A DNA stretch of 64,000 nt from positions 64,001 to 128,000 of the forward strand of contig CAYQCW010000005.1 of assembly GCA_964416155.1 (NCBI GenBank). The letters are read 5' to 3'. The notes under the pieces are model-generated. The model was not told the DNA's origin, did no database searches, and worked only from the letters and a program-made list of their open reading frames with translations. Positions 48,343-59,070 of the stretch are shown in pieces. Position numbers and translations under genes: made by a program. How positions within the stretch are numbered: the first letter of the stretch is position 1; each line of letters begins with the position of its first letter. This stretch comes from an uncultured Nitrososphaerota archaeon (GTDB taxonomy: Archaea > Thermoproteota > EX4484-205 > JAAOZP01).

Positions 48343-49787
48343 CCAACCCTCCTGATCATGATGTTTCTCATTCTAAGGCTCGGCCCACCCATGTATACTG
48401 GCATGCCCTGCATTGGGTCTCCCTTGCCGCAGGTCGCTGCGACTAAATCCAAATCTTTCCCAACTGCATCCACGCTTGAGAAAAGCTTCTCAGTAGTTAT
48501 CTCTATCACAGGGTTTCTCACAGGCGTGGTTATCTTACCTTCCTCTATCATGTATGCTTCCAGCCCCACATACCTCTGGTTCCACCTCTTGTCATCAATA
48601 TTCCACTCCATGAAGCTCTTCACGTAAACACCTTTAGCGACACCGCTTAAAAGCTCTTCAAGACTATAGTCGCCTGGAAGTATGAAAGTGTTGGACATTC
48701 TAACAATCGGCTCCACGCTGTATCTTGAAGCCCTTGCTGAACCATTACTCTTAAGGCCAAGTTTCGCGGCTGTCTCCCTGTTCAGAAGGAACTCGCATAT
48801 TTTACCCTCCTTGATCAAGTATTTCCTCCTAGCTTTAACACCCTCGTCGTCGAAAAGATAGAACCCGTATGACCTGGGTATGGTCGGATCATCAACCACG
48901 TTAACCGCCTCGCTCCCTATTGTCCTGTTCAAGTCGCCTGCTTTCAAGTATGATTCACCAGCCTGAGCCCCTTCTCTTCCAAGTATCCTATCCGCCTCGC
49001 CAGGGTGTCCCGAGGCCTCATGGGAAATTATTCCCGCAACCTCGCTACCGACCACAACATCCATAACTCCCTCCGGAGCCTTAACGGATTCTGTAAGCAT
49101 CTTGTGAAGAGTCTTGACCTCAGCGCCCAGCTTCTCTTCAAGCCTCCAAGACTCCACAACCTCCACGCCGCCTGATCCTCCGAATTGCAAGGTTCTCTGT
49201 ATAATCCCCTTAGAGGGGTCGGTCACTGTTACCAGCATGAAAAAAGAGGGCTGGGGAACCACTGCTGAGACCAGTGCACCCTCCGTGTTTGCATAAACCC
49301 TCTCAGTCCTCCTCTCAGAATACCCTAGGTGTCTTGAGGAGACATTAACTCCTTGGCTTATCACCGTCTTATCCAGGTTTTTCAGGAGGTCGATCTTGCT
49401 GCTTAAAGACCAGTCTTCAAGCCTCTTTTTCTCATAGACCCTCCAGTCAACAGAGTAAGCTTCCTCCTCCGAGAAACATATCCTGCTTGTCTTAAGGTGT
49501 GAGGATGCTCGCGCCATTTTAACCGCTTTATCCACAACCCTGGTGACGGTTTCCGGTTTGAGTGTGTTGGTGGAGGCGAAGCCCAGTCCGCCGTTAACCA
49601 GAACCCTAATCCCCATTCCCACCTCGTAGCCCGCCATAACGCCTTCCACCCCCCCGTTCCTCAGGGATGCTCCGCTATGAGAATCACTATGGAACCTGGC
49701 TTCAGCGTAGGAGGCTCCTGTTGCAATAGCATAGTCAAGAACCTTTTTCGAGAGTTCAACAATATCGTTCATTTTCTTTTTCTCCAT
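48339..49787 (-). CDS. tldD: TldD metalloprotease
   Basis: HEASGH, FDDEG, VRMSNT, CGKGDPMQ. Confidence 0.93.
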   Translation of the reverse strand: MEKKKMNDIVELSKKVLDYAIATGASYAEARFHSDSHSGASLRNGGVEGVMAGYEVGMGIRVLVNGGLGFASTNTLKPETVTRVVDKAVKMARASSHLKTSRICFSEEEAYSVDWRVYEKKRLEDWSLSSKIDLLKNLDKTVISQGVNVSSRHLGYSERRTERVYANTEGALVSAVVPQPSFFMLVTVTDPSKGIIQRTLQFGGSGGVEVVESWRLEEKLGAEVKTLHKMLTESVKAPEGVMDVVVGSEVAGIISHEASGHPGEADRILGREGAQAGESYLKAGDLNRTIGSEAVNVVDDPTIPRSYGFYLFDDEGVKARRKYLIKEGKICEFLLNRETAAKLGLKSNGSARASRYSVEPIVRMSNTFILPGDYSLEELLSGVAKGVYVKSFMEWNIDDKRWNQRYVGLEAYMIEEGKITTPVRNPVIEITTEKLFSSVDAVGKDLDLVAATCGKGDPMQGMPVYMGGPSLRMRNIMIRRVG

Positions 49788-49877
49788 TCCTAAACTTCTA
49801 AAAGAGACTTATAAACCTCTCTTAAACCTCCGGGGAAAAATTAATCTAGGGCTTAAAGCCAAATATTACTACAAGGT

Positions 49878-50279
49878 TTGACGGAGGGCTTGAGAAGGGT
49901 TCTTTCCGAGATTCAGGTATCCTTGTCTCCAATAAACGTTTCTATGAAGAAGTGTATTGACGATGGTTTGAAGAGTCTCGACGATATGAATAGTCTTGGC
50001 AACAGGCTTATTTTCCTGGCGGAGTGCTTCAGGGACCAGCTTAAAGAGTTGAAGCACACGGTTCTCGTATTCACGCTGATGGATGCCGGGTTAAGCGTTG
50101 TACACAGGGTTAGAGAGTTGAAGAATAGGGCTCTCTTAGAGGATGATACTGTTTTCTTCACCGAGGTATACTTGATGATGAAGCTTATTGAAGACACCAT
50201 CGCTTCTGGAGAGTATTTCGAGGAGCTGGCTAAAATATATCAGAAGAGGCTCAGCGAAGATCTCCACACTCGCACGTAG
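49878..50279 (+). CDS. Hypothetical helical protein
   Basis: 133-aa ORF filling the gap between tldD and the GTPase. Confidence 0.6.
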   Translation: MTEGLRRVLSEIQVSLSPINVSMKKCIDDGLKSLDDMNSLGNRLIFLAECFRDQLKELKHTVLVFTLMDAGLSVVHRVRELKNRALLEDDTVFFTEVYLMMKLIEDTIASGEYFEELAKIYQKRLSEDLHTRT

Positions 50280-51006
50280 CGTCATGTATAAGAGAATCCA
50301 TCAGGTCCAGCCCGGCTCCAGATAGGGCTGAAACCAGAACCGTCCTCTGCCTTCTGAGAAAAGGTTGAACTATCTTAGAGTGCTCCAGAACGTATTCTTG
50401 TAGGACCCCAGCCTCTTCTTCAACAATCCTCCCCTCCAGGTACTCCGGCTCCTGCATCAGTTTTTCAAGGTCGCTCCTGCTTAAAACATCTGCCTTCGTC
50501 ACCACGTGGACGAAGGGCACGTTGAGCCTAAGCCTGCAAGCTGCTGCGAGAGAGAAAACTGCTATAAGGTCGCTTGGAGAACATATAAGCTGGCCGTCTA
50601 TCAGGAAGACCACTATCGTCCTGGCTACTGCGGAGAGCCCCCTCATTATCTCCGGCCCGGCGCTTCTAAATACGAAAAGCTCGCTTTGGCCAGGCGTGTC
50701 TATAAGCATGTAGTCCTCCTCCAGCATACTTATCTGGGACGCGAGCTCCAAGCTTTTCTCAGCCAAAATATCCATTGCCCTTATCATGGCCCCGTTGGGG
50801 CCGAGCGACTCCCTCCTCATTATCTCCTCAACCGTGAAGAAGACTCTTATGTCGAATGATGGTGAATACAGGGTTTCCTCAACACCGGGATCAAGATTTA
50901 TGAAGGAAGCCTTCCTGCCACTCTTGGAAAGCCAGTCTCCATACGCTTTGACAAGCGTCGTCTTGCCTGACCCCGCTGGCCCTATGAAGACTACCTGTAT
51001 CGGCAA
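50251..51006 (-). CDS. GPN-loop GTPase (second paralog)
   Basis: GPAGSGKT, NLDPG, LGPNGA, DTPGQ, TKAD; C-terminal CECGDL. Confidence 0.92.
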   Translation of the reverse strand: MPIQVVFIGPAGSGKTTLVKAYGDWLSKSGRKASFINLDPGVEETLYSPSFDIRVFFTVEEIMRRESLGPNGAMIRAMDILAEKSLELASQISMLEEDYMLIDTPGQSELFVFRSAGPEIMRGLSAVARTIVVFLIDGQLICSPSDLIAVFSLAAACRLRLNVPFVHVVTKADVLSRSDLEKLMQEPEYLEGRIVEEEAGVLQEYVLEHSKIVQPFLRRQRTVLVSALSGAGLDLMDSLIHDATCECGDLR

Positions 51007-51443
51007 GGTTCGAGTGGAAAAACCGTGCGAAGAAGCTTTTAAACGTGCTCCTGCTGAGAGTATAATCCTGTGAAAGTAGAGTGAACGGAACTTTTGCCTT
51101 CAAGTGAAATGGACGATTTTCCATCGACTGTTTGCGTCAAAAGCATAGAGCCTGTTTTCTTGCCATGAAACGCTTGATATTTTTACGGCAGGAGGATGAG
51201 CATTACTTCCTTTCGATATCTCTTTCAGACCTTGTTCTTCCAAAGCGACTCCGGAAGAATAATGATAGGTGTAAGGATGAGAACGATAACGGTGAGAGTA
51301 TTTTATTCATATTTTTGTTCACCTCCCCTGTGGTTTTCCACGCATTTGGCTTTCCGATGTTCGAAAAACTAGACGTTGCTGTCTACAACGGTAGACCGAG
51401 CGAAAGTTTAGCGGGGCTATCTAAGCATCTAGACAAGGGGAAC

Positions 51444-52061
51444 CTATGCTTCCCCTTCAATCTCCTTCAAGAACCTTGAGAGGAATGCTTCCATAAACGC
51501 ATGCCTTTCCTCCGCGATTCTCCTCGCGGTTTCAGTATTTAGACTATTTTTTAGCTTGAGAAGCTTTTCGTAGAAATGATCGACCGTTGAACCAGTGCCC
51601 CTGCTCCTTGAATACATCGGTATTCCCCTTCCGCCCCCGTGGGAGAAAGTCCTAGCCACACCTATAGCGCCCACCGCGTCTAAACGGTCAGCATCCTGAA
51701 GAATCCTAGATTCTATGCTGAGTGTTCTAAAACCTTTTCTAAACCTGTGCACCCTAATTGCCTCAAGAACCATGCTTATCTTCTCGCTAGGGAAACCTAT
51801 TCGCGAAAGAATTTCCACTGTGATTTCAACACTTTTCTCAGAATGGTCAATACCTTGCTCCAACTCGTATCTCATCCCTACATCGTGGAGGAGTGCTGCT
51901 GCGATAAGAACCTGCGGATCCCCACCCTCCTTCTCGCAAATTTTCATACACATCCTGCAGACTCTTTCAGCGTGTAGCCAATCATGCGAGGGATTATTAG
52001 AATAGTGTTTTTCAGCTTCCCTCCTGATGGATTCCACCAGAGTATCGTGGCTCAGGCCCAA
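51444..52061 (-). CDS. HD-domain phosphohydrolase
   Basis: HDWLHAERV, LLHDVG, QDADRLDAVGAIG, HFYEKLL. Confidence 0.92.
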   Translation of the reverse strand: MGLSHDTLVESIRREAEKHYSNNPSHDWLHAERVCRMCMKICEKEGGDPQVLIAAALLHDVGMRYELEQGIDHSEKSVEITVEILSRIGFPSEKISMVLEAIRVHRFRKGFRTLSIESRILQDADRLDAVGAIGVARTFSHGGGRGIPMYSRSRGTGSTVDHFYEKLLKLKNSLNTETARRIAEERHAFMEAFLSRFLKEIEGEA

Positions 52062-52080
52062 CTCCTCTAAACACCTTCCG

Positions 52081-53436
52081 CTAAACAGCGTTAAGTTTTG
52101 ACCTCGCGTAATAAACCGCCCTGCCTATCAATTCAGTATTCTTACCCAGATAATTCTTAGGCGCGATGGTCTCCTTTAGCTCCTCGAAGCTGATGTACTT
52201 CGCAACCTCAGGGCTTTCCTCCAATACTTCAAGCAGGCTCCTATTCTCGGTAAACGCCTTCCTTGAGAGTCTTCTCATAAGCTCGTAAGCCCTCTTTCTC
52301 CCCATGCTTTTCCTGGCAAGCTTCATCATGACGGCTTCACTCATAATCCTGCCTTGGGTCATCGCTAGATTCCTAGCCATGTTCTCAGGGTAGACCCTCA
52401 GGTTGGTTAAAACATTCTGCATAGTCGTAAGCATCTCTTCGAGTATCAACACGGATAATGGGATGATGAACCTCTCGCTGCTGGAGTTAGAGAGGTCTCT
52501 CTCATGCCAGAGCGGGATGTTTTCTAAGGCAGGCACTACGAGCCCCCTGAGAACCTTAGCCAAGCCGGATACTTTCTCACTGTCAACCGGGTTCTGTTTC
52601 TGGGGCATCGTGCTGCTTCCACGCTGCTCCTCGCCGAAGCCTTCTGCAGCCTCCATTATCTCCGTTCTCTGGAGGTTCCTTATTTCGACGGCAAGCCTGT
52701 CTAGGCTTGAGCCCAGCAGGGCCGCCCAGCAGACAAGCTCAGCCAGCCTGTCTCTGCAGACAACCTGCGTCGCTATTTCAACCGGTTCTAAGCCCAGCTT
52801 ACGCATAGTCTTCTCCTCTATAATTAGGGCCTTGGGTCCTAGTGCCGCCATGGTGCCCACCGCCCCGCCTATTTTCCCAACTAGGACTCTCTTAGAGAGT
52901 TGAAGCATCCTCTCGTAGCTCCTAGCCAGTTCAGCAGCATAAACGGCAAGCTTGAACCCTAACGTTATGGGAACAGCGTGCTGACCATGCGTCCTGCCAG
53001 GCATGACTAGCTCAGCGTACTCCTCAGACTTTTCACAAAGCTTTTCTATGAGGCTTCCTAGCCTCCCCCTGATTATGTTTAAAGCATCTTTAAGCTGCAA
53101 CGCTAGAGCCGTGTCAGTTATGTCGTTGCTCGTAACCGCCCAGTGGACGTACTCGCCATGTTCCCCGCACTCTTCTGAAAGAACCTCAACCATGGCTGCT
53201 ATGTCGTGTCTAGTAACCCTCTCCCTCTCCTTAACCTTCTCTAACGTGACGATTTTCGAAGAAGCCCTGCTCCTTATGGTTGAAGCAGCCTCAACCGGTA
53301 TCTCGCCCACCTCAGCCAGTGCTTCGGCCAGGGCTGCTTCCACGTTGAGCATAATCTGCAACCTGTTCTCCTCTTCGAAGATCCTCCTCATCTCCGGGGA
53401 GCCGTATCTACCTGTGTCAACAGGGCAAACAGGCAT
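52081..53436 (-). CDS. purB: Adenylosuccinate lyase
   Basis: TSNDITD, GRTHGQHA, GSSTMPQKQNP, HERDLSNS. Confidence 0.96.
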   Translation of the reverse strand: MPVCPVDTGRYGSPEMRRIFEEENRLQIMLNVEAALAEALAEVGEIPVEAASTIRSRASSKIVTLEKVKERERVTRHDIAAMVEVLSEECGEHGEYVHWAVTSNDITDTALALQLKDALNIIRGRLGSLIEKLCEKSEEYAELVMPGRTHGQHAVPITLGFKLAVYAAELARSYERMLQLSKRVLVGKIGGAVGTMAALGPKALIIEEKTMRKLGLEPVEIATQVVCRDRLAELVCWAALLGSSLDRLAVEIRNLQRTEIMEAAEGFGEEQRGSSTMPQKQNPVDSEKVSGLAKVLRGLVVPALENIPLWHERDLSNSSSERFIIPLSVLILEEMLTTMQNVLTNLRVYPENMARNLAMTQGRIMSEAVMMKLARKSMGRKRAYELMRRLSRKAFTENRSLLEVLEESPEVAKYISFEELKETIAPKNYLGKNTELIGRAVYYARSKLNAV

Positions 53437-53553
53437 GCAACAACAACACTATGCAAGTCTAATAAGCTTGTCGGAGGCTTAGAGCGTCAACGGGCTTATT
53501 CGCGTAAAACTTATATCCCCCGCCGGAAAATAGGTAAGAGGAGGTGATGTTTA

Positions 53554-54522
53554 ATGCAACTCTGGAAACTCAGATTGAACATGATTGCCACGATGATGGT
53601 AGTTATTGCTATAACCACTGGCTTCGTAGCCCTCATGCTTTTCATGATCGGCGTGGACCTGCTTATGCTTCTCCCAATCGTAATAGGGCTAAACCTGTTC
53701 CAATGGTTAATCGGCCCCTATATTATTGACGCTGCCTATCGGGTTAGACCGTTGAACCAGGGTGAGCTCCCATGGCTTGAAGAGAGCGTGAGAATTCTTG
53801 CTGAGAAAAGCGGCTTTAAGAATCCTCCGAAAATAATGGTTTCAGAAATACCGTTGCCAAATGCTTTCGCCTACGGCAGCCCGCTAACCGGCCCAAAGGT
53901 TGCTGTCACTAGGGGTCTGCTCAACAGTCTGAGCGCTTCCGAGGTTGAGGCTGTCCTGGGACATGAACTCGGCCACCTTAAACACAGGGATGTGCAGATA
54001 ATGATGTTCCTATCCGTGCTGCCGGCATTGGTTTACTGGGTTGCAATGTCACTCTACTATTCAGGTGTCTATTCTGGCTCAAGGAGGAACAGGGGGAACG
54101 GCGGGGTTCTCCTACTAATAGGAATTCTGGGCATGATGATATACTATGTTCTAACCCTACTCATAATGGGCTTCAGTAGAAGCAGGGAGTACTACGCTGA
54201 CTACCATGGCTCCACTGTCTCTCCAGGCGGGCCTCTGAGCCTCGCAAGCGCCCTAGTTAAAATATCCGACATGAACGCTAGAGCACCTAAGAATGCTAAG
54301 GCGTCGATGAACGGCTACTCCTCCTTTAGAGCCCTCCTTATAGCCGATCCTGAGTCGCAGGCTGGGGCTAGGGCTTTCAGGGGAATATATGATGTTCGCT
54401 CGCTAGAGGAGTTCGCCTCCAGAGAGGTCTCGGCCGCTGAGAGTCTGGTTGAAATCCTTAGTACTCATCCTAATGTCGTTAAGAGGGTTAGAACACTGCT
54501 GGAGCTCCACAAGCAGCTTTAA
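53554..54522 (+). CDS. htpX: Membrane zinc metalloprotease HtpX
   Basis: PNAFAYG, HELGH, SREYYAD, STHP. Confidence 0.95.
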   Translation: MQLWKLRLNMIATMMVVIAITTGFVALMLFMIGVDLLMLLPIVIGLNLFQWLIGPYIIDAAYRVRPLNQGELPWLEESVRILAEKSGFKNPPKIMVSEIPLPNAFAYGSPLTGPKVAVTRGLLNSLSASEVEAVLGHELGHLKHRDVQIMMFLSVLPALVYWVAMSLYYSGVYSGSRRNRGNGGVLLLIGILGMMIYYVLTLLIMGFSRSREYYADYHGSTVSPGGPLSLASALVKISDMNARAPKNAKASMNGYSSFRALLIADPESQAGARAFRGIYDVRSLEEFASREVSAAESLVEILSTHPNVVKRVRTLLELHKQL

Positions 54523-54648
54523 GGAAGCGTAGAGGAATATTAATGTTTTTTAAGCCCTGCCTAATGTTTTTGCAGTCAGGAATTGTAATCGAGCAATTTT
54601 TTAAAAAAAAAAGAAATTTTCCAAGCCCTAACAGGGCTGAAAACTTTT

Positions 54649-54680
54649 ATGAACTGTTTTCAACCGAAATGAACTGTTTT
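54649..54680 (+). promoter_or_regulatory. Direct repeat ATGAACTGTTTT x2, 20-bp period
   Basis: Identical 12-mers at 54649-54660 and 54669-54680 upstream of the 54748 ORF. Confidence 0.6.
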
Positions 54681-54747
54681 TCAGGGATTTTAGAGAAAGA
54701 AACTGAAAAACGCTTAATAGAGGCCCTATTACCGCTATATCGGTGAA

Positions 54748-55377
54748 ATGAACGGGAGCAAGAGGCGGGTGAAATGCTGGAGAATAATGTTCGCATTAGC
54801 ATTGGCAGTGTTTGCCATAACCTCGGTTTCAGCATTCGTATCAAGGGTTGCTGGCGACGAGGATACTGGTGAGGATGAAACCCTACCGCCCTACTTAGGT
54901 AAAAGCCTGTCAGCACAAATACAGGACATCGTTCAACAGCATAAGGAGGCGCTTCTAGAAATCAGGCTTGAGAGGAAAATGATGCTGTTTCAAACATGGG
55001 AGGAGCGGCTTTCCGAGCTGGCTGATGAACAAGCCCGCGTAATGGAGACCGTTAGATTAATGGAGCAGGAGATGAGTAGGCTGGAGGAAAGGCTGAGAAA
55101 CGGGGAAATAACTCAGGGAGAATTCATAATGGAGATGAACAGGTTGAGGCTTGAGATTAGAACCCGGCTGAGGCAACTGGAGGGGGTGGAGAAGGAGGCT
55201 CTGAAAGCACTGCAGGAGAATATTCCTGAGGCTAATAAGGAGCTGGCTAAACGGATTGTAGAGGCAAATCAAGCTTTCAGAGACGCTAAGAAGGCTCTTC
55301 AAGAGGAGAAGAAGACTGAGATAAGGGCTAGGGTCGAGGAGCAGAAGCAGGCTAAAGGACGAGGCAAGAATAAATAG
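54748..55377 (+). CDS. Secreted alpha-helical/coiled-coil protein
   Basis: Signal peptide followed by E/R/Q-rich helices. Confidence 0.75.
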   Translation: MNGSKRRVKCWRIMFALALAVFAITSVSAFVSRVAGDEDTGEDETLPPYLGKSLSAQIQDIVQQHKEALLEIRLERKMMLFQTWEERLSELADEQARVMETVRLMEQEMSRLEERLRNGEITQGEFIMEMNRLRLEIRTRLRQLEGVEKEALKALQENIPEANKELAKRIVEANQAFRDAKKALQEEKKTEIRARVEEQKQAKGRGKNK

Positions 55378-55431
55378 AAAGTAAATAGTTATAAAGCAGC
55401 CTTTTAAATCTGTTTGTAAAAAGTAATCCGT

Positions 55432-56706
55432 TTGCAAACTTTTATACTTCTCTTAACGCTCATTTTTCCACGTATGACGCTCCCGAAAGCCGGTGCAGGC
55501 ACCCTACTTGCATTTCTCTTAGTCTGTCTTTCTGAATGGGTTCCGCGGGCCTGGGGAGGGTTCGAGTTTCAAACAACATACAGGATAATACTGCACAAGG
55601 ATTCTTCAGCAACATGGGTTGTTGAACTCTCCACTACGCTGGATTCCCAAGAAGACTTAGATAGTTTCAAACTGTTCAAGGACAGTGCTGACGAGAACGC
55701 TATTCTCTCAGGCTTTAAATCAACAATAAGCAGCATCGTTAGCAGAGCAGCATCCTTAACGGGGAGAACCATGGCTGCAGAGAACTTCAGCCTCAAGATT
55801 GATGTGACGGGAATATTGAAGCAGCTGGGGGTTATCCAGTACAGGTTTAAATGGGCTAACTTCAGCCTTAAAACTTCAGACAGGATTGAGGTTGGAGACA
55901 TTTTTGAAGGAGGATTCTACCTTTTCACTGATGAGACACTTGAGATAGACTACTCAGAGCTGGACCGGGAGTATTTCCTGAAGCTTGCAAGCCCAAGAGC
56001 GTCGCGCGAAGACTTTTTAAGAGTAGTCTGGATAGGCAGGATGGACTTCGCAGACGGAGAGCCAAGGCTCGTTTTTGAAAGCAGGATTATAAGGGTTGAG
56101 GAATTCTCTCCAAATAGCACTCGGCTTAAGAAAGGCTCTCTGCTAAGCGTTCAGGGAAGGATAAACCCGCCAACCCTCGGCCTAACACTCCGGGTTGTCT
56201 ACCTGAACCCTCATGGGTTTGAAACAGTTAGGGAAGTGGCTGTGGGGAACAACGGGGTTTTCTCAGACGCGTTAAACATGAATCTGGCTGGGGACTGGAG
56301 GGTTTCGCTGCGCCTACCTTCTGATTCCCCGTACAGGTTCAGCCAAAATCCTCAGCCGCTTCAAATCTCGGTTTACGAGGAGAGCGGGGGCGAGACCCAG
56401 GCTGAGAGCCTGCCTCCAATACTCTATCTGGCTCTGCTGGCTCCGCCGGTGGTGCTCCTAGTCATAATACTGTTCCGCCGTTCGCATGGAAGAAGGCTGC
56501 GGCCTCCGGATATGCAGATGCTTTCAGACGAGGATCTCGTGATAAAGCTTCTCAGGGAGGCTGGCGGGAGGCTTACGCAGTCCCAGATTAAGGATGCTGC
56601 CAAGTTTTCAAAGTCTAAGACCTCCATAGTTTTAAACGAGCTTCAGAGGAAAGGGTTGATAAGGAAAATCAAGCGTGGCAGAGAATACATAGTTGAACTT
56701 GTTTAA
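55432..56706 (+). CDS. Membrane-tethered HTH regulator with extracellular domain
   Basis: Signal peptide, extracellular beta domains, one TM, C-terminal wHTH (LSDEDLVIKLL...QSQI...SKSKTS...KIKRGRE). Confidence 0.85.
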   Translation: MQTFILLLTLIFPRMTLPKAGAGTLLAFLLVCLSEWVPRAWGGFEFQTTYRIILHKDSSATWVVELSTTLDSQEDLDSFKLFKDSADENAILSGFKSTISSIVSRAASLTGRTMAAENFSLKIDVTGILKQLGVIQYRFKWANFSLKTSDRIEVGDIFEGGFYLFTDETLEIDYSELDREYFLKLASPRASREDFLRVVWIGRMDFADGEPRLVFESRIIRVEEFSPNSTRLKKGSLLSVQGRINPPTLGLTLRVVYLNPHGFETVREVAVGNNGVFSDALNMNLAGDWRVSLRLPSDSPYRFSQNPQPLQISVYEESGGETQAESLPPILYLALLAPPVVLLVIILFRRSHGRRLRPPDMQMLSDEDLVIKLLREAGGRLTQSQIKDAAKFSKSKTSIVLNELQRKGLIRKIKRGREYIVELV

Positions 56707-56794
56707 AACTTACCATAACCGGGTATGAAATTCTCTCCCGCTGGTTTTCAGGCTAGATCGCAGGGTTAGCGACCATAGCGTTTCAATCCCACTC

Positions 56795-57436
56795 CTATTT
56801 CAATATTCTGCCTGTAGCCATGTACCAAAGATAAAGGTCGAGCTCCGCCAGCGTCATGTTCAGTTCCCCAGCTATTTTCGAAAGAATCTTCTCAATCTCC
56901 AGATACCTGGCTCTGGAAACGGTTTTAGGAATGCTCTCTATATAGCCATACTTATAGAGAACCCTTAGGACATGCTTGTCTATTATGGCAAGGTTCTTAA
57001 ACCCTATGTTTCTCAAGAAGTGGCTCGCCTCCTTGAAGCCTATCCCGAGCAAGTTGTCTGCAAGCCATCTTCTCACCCTAGCAGGATCATCATCCTCGTT
57101 TATAATTTTCAAAACTTCTTCGCAACGTTTCCTAGCCTCAACTATGTATTTAGCCCTAGTATTGGGATACCTGTAGCCTAGGCTCTTAAGCCTCCTGCTC
57201 AGCACACTCCTGCTAAGCTTCAAGAAGCCTTCCCCAATTTCCTCCTGAACCCTAAGCCCTCCCCCTGCGGAAAAGTTGGCTGTTAGAATGCAGAAGCAAA
57301 GCTCGCTGAAAACCTTCTCCTTGCTGGCTCTCGCCTCCTCAAATTGTCTAAGCCTCTTCAAAACTGTTCCCCTAACCTTCCCGTCTGAAACAATCTTTTC
57401 CAAGTCTCTAAGAAGCCTCGTGCGCCTCACTGCCAC
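56795..57436 (-). CDS. ogg: 8-oxoguanine DNA glycosylase/AP lyase
   Basis: ELCFCILTAN, GIGFKEASHFLRN, AIIDKH, DLYLWY. Confidence 0.95.
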   Translation of the reverse strand: MAVRRTRLLRDLEKIVSDGKVRGTVLKRLRQFEEARASKEKVFSELCFCILTANFSAGGGLRVQEEIGEGFLKLSRSVLSRRLKSLGYRYPNTRAKYIVEARKRCEEVLKIINEDDDPARVRRWLADNLLGIGFKEASHFLRNIGFKNLAIIDKHVLRVLYKYGYIESIPKTVSRARYLEIEKILSKIAGELNMTLAELDLYLWYMATGRILK

Positions 57437-57491
57437 CGCTTACGCCTACCGGAGAATATTCTTATAAGGCTTCTTCAAACAGTACTTCAAG

Positions 57492-57581
57492 ATGGATGAG
57501 TGGTTTAAGGCGGTGAAGCGTCTTCTACCCAGGGTCGTAACCAGCGTCGAAATAGCTGCCATAGAGAAGAAATTATTCTGA
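57492..57581 (+). pseudogene. Diverged duplicate of the nnr 5' end
   Basis: MDEWFKAVKRLLPRVVTS versus MEDWLKTVKQLLPRVVTS at 59071; upstream promoter sequence also similar. Confidence 0.8.
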
Positions 57582-58249
57582 CGGTTTCCTCTCGAACCTC
57601 GCGCGTTTCCCGAAGCCCATCCTCTCAAAGAACTTCTTCATGGCCTTAATATCCTTTCGCATCTTGTAGGCTAGGACGAGGGCCTCGACCCTCTTCTTTA
57701 TTTCCTCCAATTTCAGGTCGTCCATCGTATCCCTCGTATCGAAGACTGAGCAGAAACGGGTATACTCCTCCGGAGACATGTCCGCGGGAAAGATATGGAC
57801 TACCTGGATGCCCGTTTTTTGGCCGATAGTCTTCGCAATCTCGTCACCTCAACGAAACAGGGCTATGAGCCTCCCGTATGTGTCCTAATATCTCTTCCAG
57901 TTGCTCCTGTCCTTCAACTCCCTAATCGTCTTATCCAAGAGCTCGTAATCCGTAATGCCATAACCCTCGGTCAGGGCATAGCAGGGGGATTCGACACTAC
58001 CCGACTCAACCCATATCTTGCCATCCACGTCCTCCTCGACGAACGACAGCCGAGGGAGGTCGGCGTGTGCACTGCACGCGCTAGGGCTTTTCTCTCTAGA
58101 GAAGACCAACCAACATCGCCCTTGTACACTTCGAAAGGGCTGTGTGCCTCGTCCTTGAAGCGTTCCTCTAAGTATTCCTTGACTCTCATGAGGAAGCCGG
58201 GGCTTTCCATCATTCTTCGTGTCACTCGAATCATATAAGTCTTACTCAT
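57573..58249 (-). pseudogene. Pseudogene of unknown family X, copy 1
   Basis: One frameshift and two in-frame stops; aligns with 60646-61092. Confidence 0.75.
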
Positions 58250-58533
58250 TCCTCTTCCCTCTAGTGATGAACGAGCTCGGCACATATTTGATTCCGAGCT
58301 CCTTAATGCCCTTGCCGGTGGCGAGCGTTTTGGAATCAAAATGACAAGCAACAGCGAACCCATGCTCGACCTTACTGTACTCTCCATGTCCGTATTCTTC
58401 AGAGAAGTACTTATTAACGAGTTCCTCTCCGCTATTTTCATCCGCATGTCAAACCTTTCAGATACGATCTTCTTTTGACCTCGATTATCGCGATGACCCT
58501 CTTCGACGTTTCACACACCAATCGGGACCCTTT

Positions 58534-58996
58534 TTATTTAGATCTTCGGATTCGAGCTGGCCGCGCGCGCTCCTCTTCGACCCTCTTTACATTCTCGCTA
58601 TCGATTCTGAAGATCGATACTAAAACACCTTCCATCCCAAAGTCCTTCCTCGGCTTCACAGGGTCCTCGAGCGGTATCTCAGGGATTAAGCGGGGGAGCG
58701 CGATATCAGGGGGGCTCCGGTTCCATGACTCCAGCATCAGGCTCAGCTTGAGGTACGCATCCGCCTCGGGAAGGGGTGAACCTGCCGGATTTGACGCAGG
58801 CCGGGGCGAGTGGGCAGGTCCTGCACCTCAAGGTTACTCCCATGATCCTTATCCTTTCCACGACGCACTTGTAAACCAAGCATAGGTTCCTCCTCGGAAG
58901 GCTGCACCCGCCGTACAGCCCGAGTTTAAGGTAATCGCACTTGTGGCATGACTTTCTGCACCTTAAAGGACCATGCGTAACATGCATTCTTCTCAA
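58534..58996 (-). pseudogene. Frameshifted Cys-rich protein remnant
   Basis: Overlapping ORFs 58706-58996 (CHKC, GGC, CRTC) and 58534-58737 in different frames. Confidence 0.5.
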
Positions 58997-59070
58997 ATTT
59001 TGCGTCCTTTCCTTTAAAAGTTAAGGCCCGGAAATATCCTTATAGGGCTCCTCCGGATATTACCCCAGAG

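Noticed and set aside
47008-49787. TldD/E as evidence of a RiPP cluster
   Set aside because: No YcaO, radical SAM enzyme or precursor nearby; TldD/E pairs are common in archaea.
2846-51006. Two GPN-loop GTPase paralogs
   Set aside because: Two copies are not unusual in TACK archaea as far as I know.
57840-57890. In-frame TAG and TGA in gene X as possible Pyl/Sec recoding
   Set aside because: The paralog has GAG and TGG at these positions, and a frameshift is also present, so ordinary pseudogenisation explains them.
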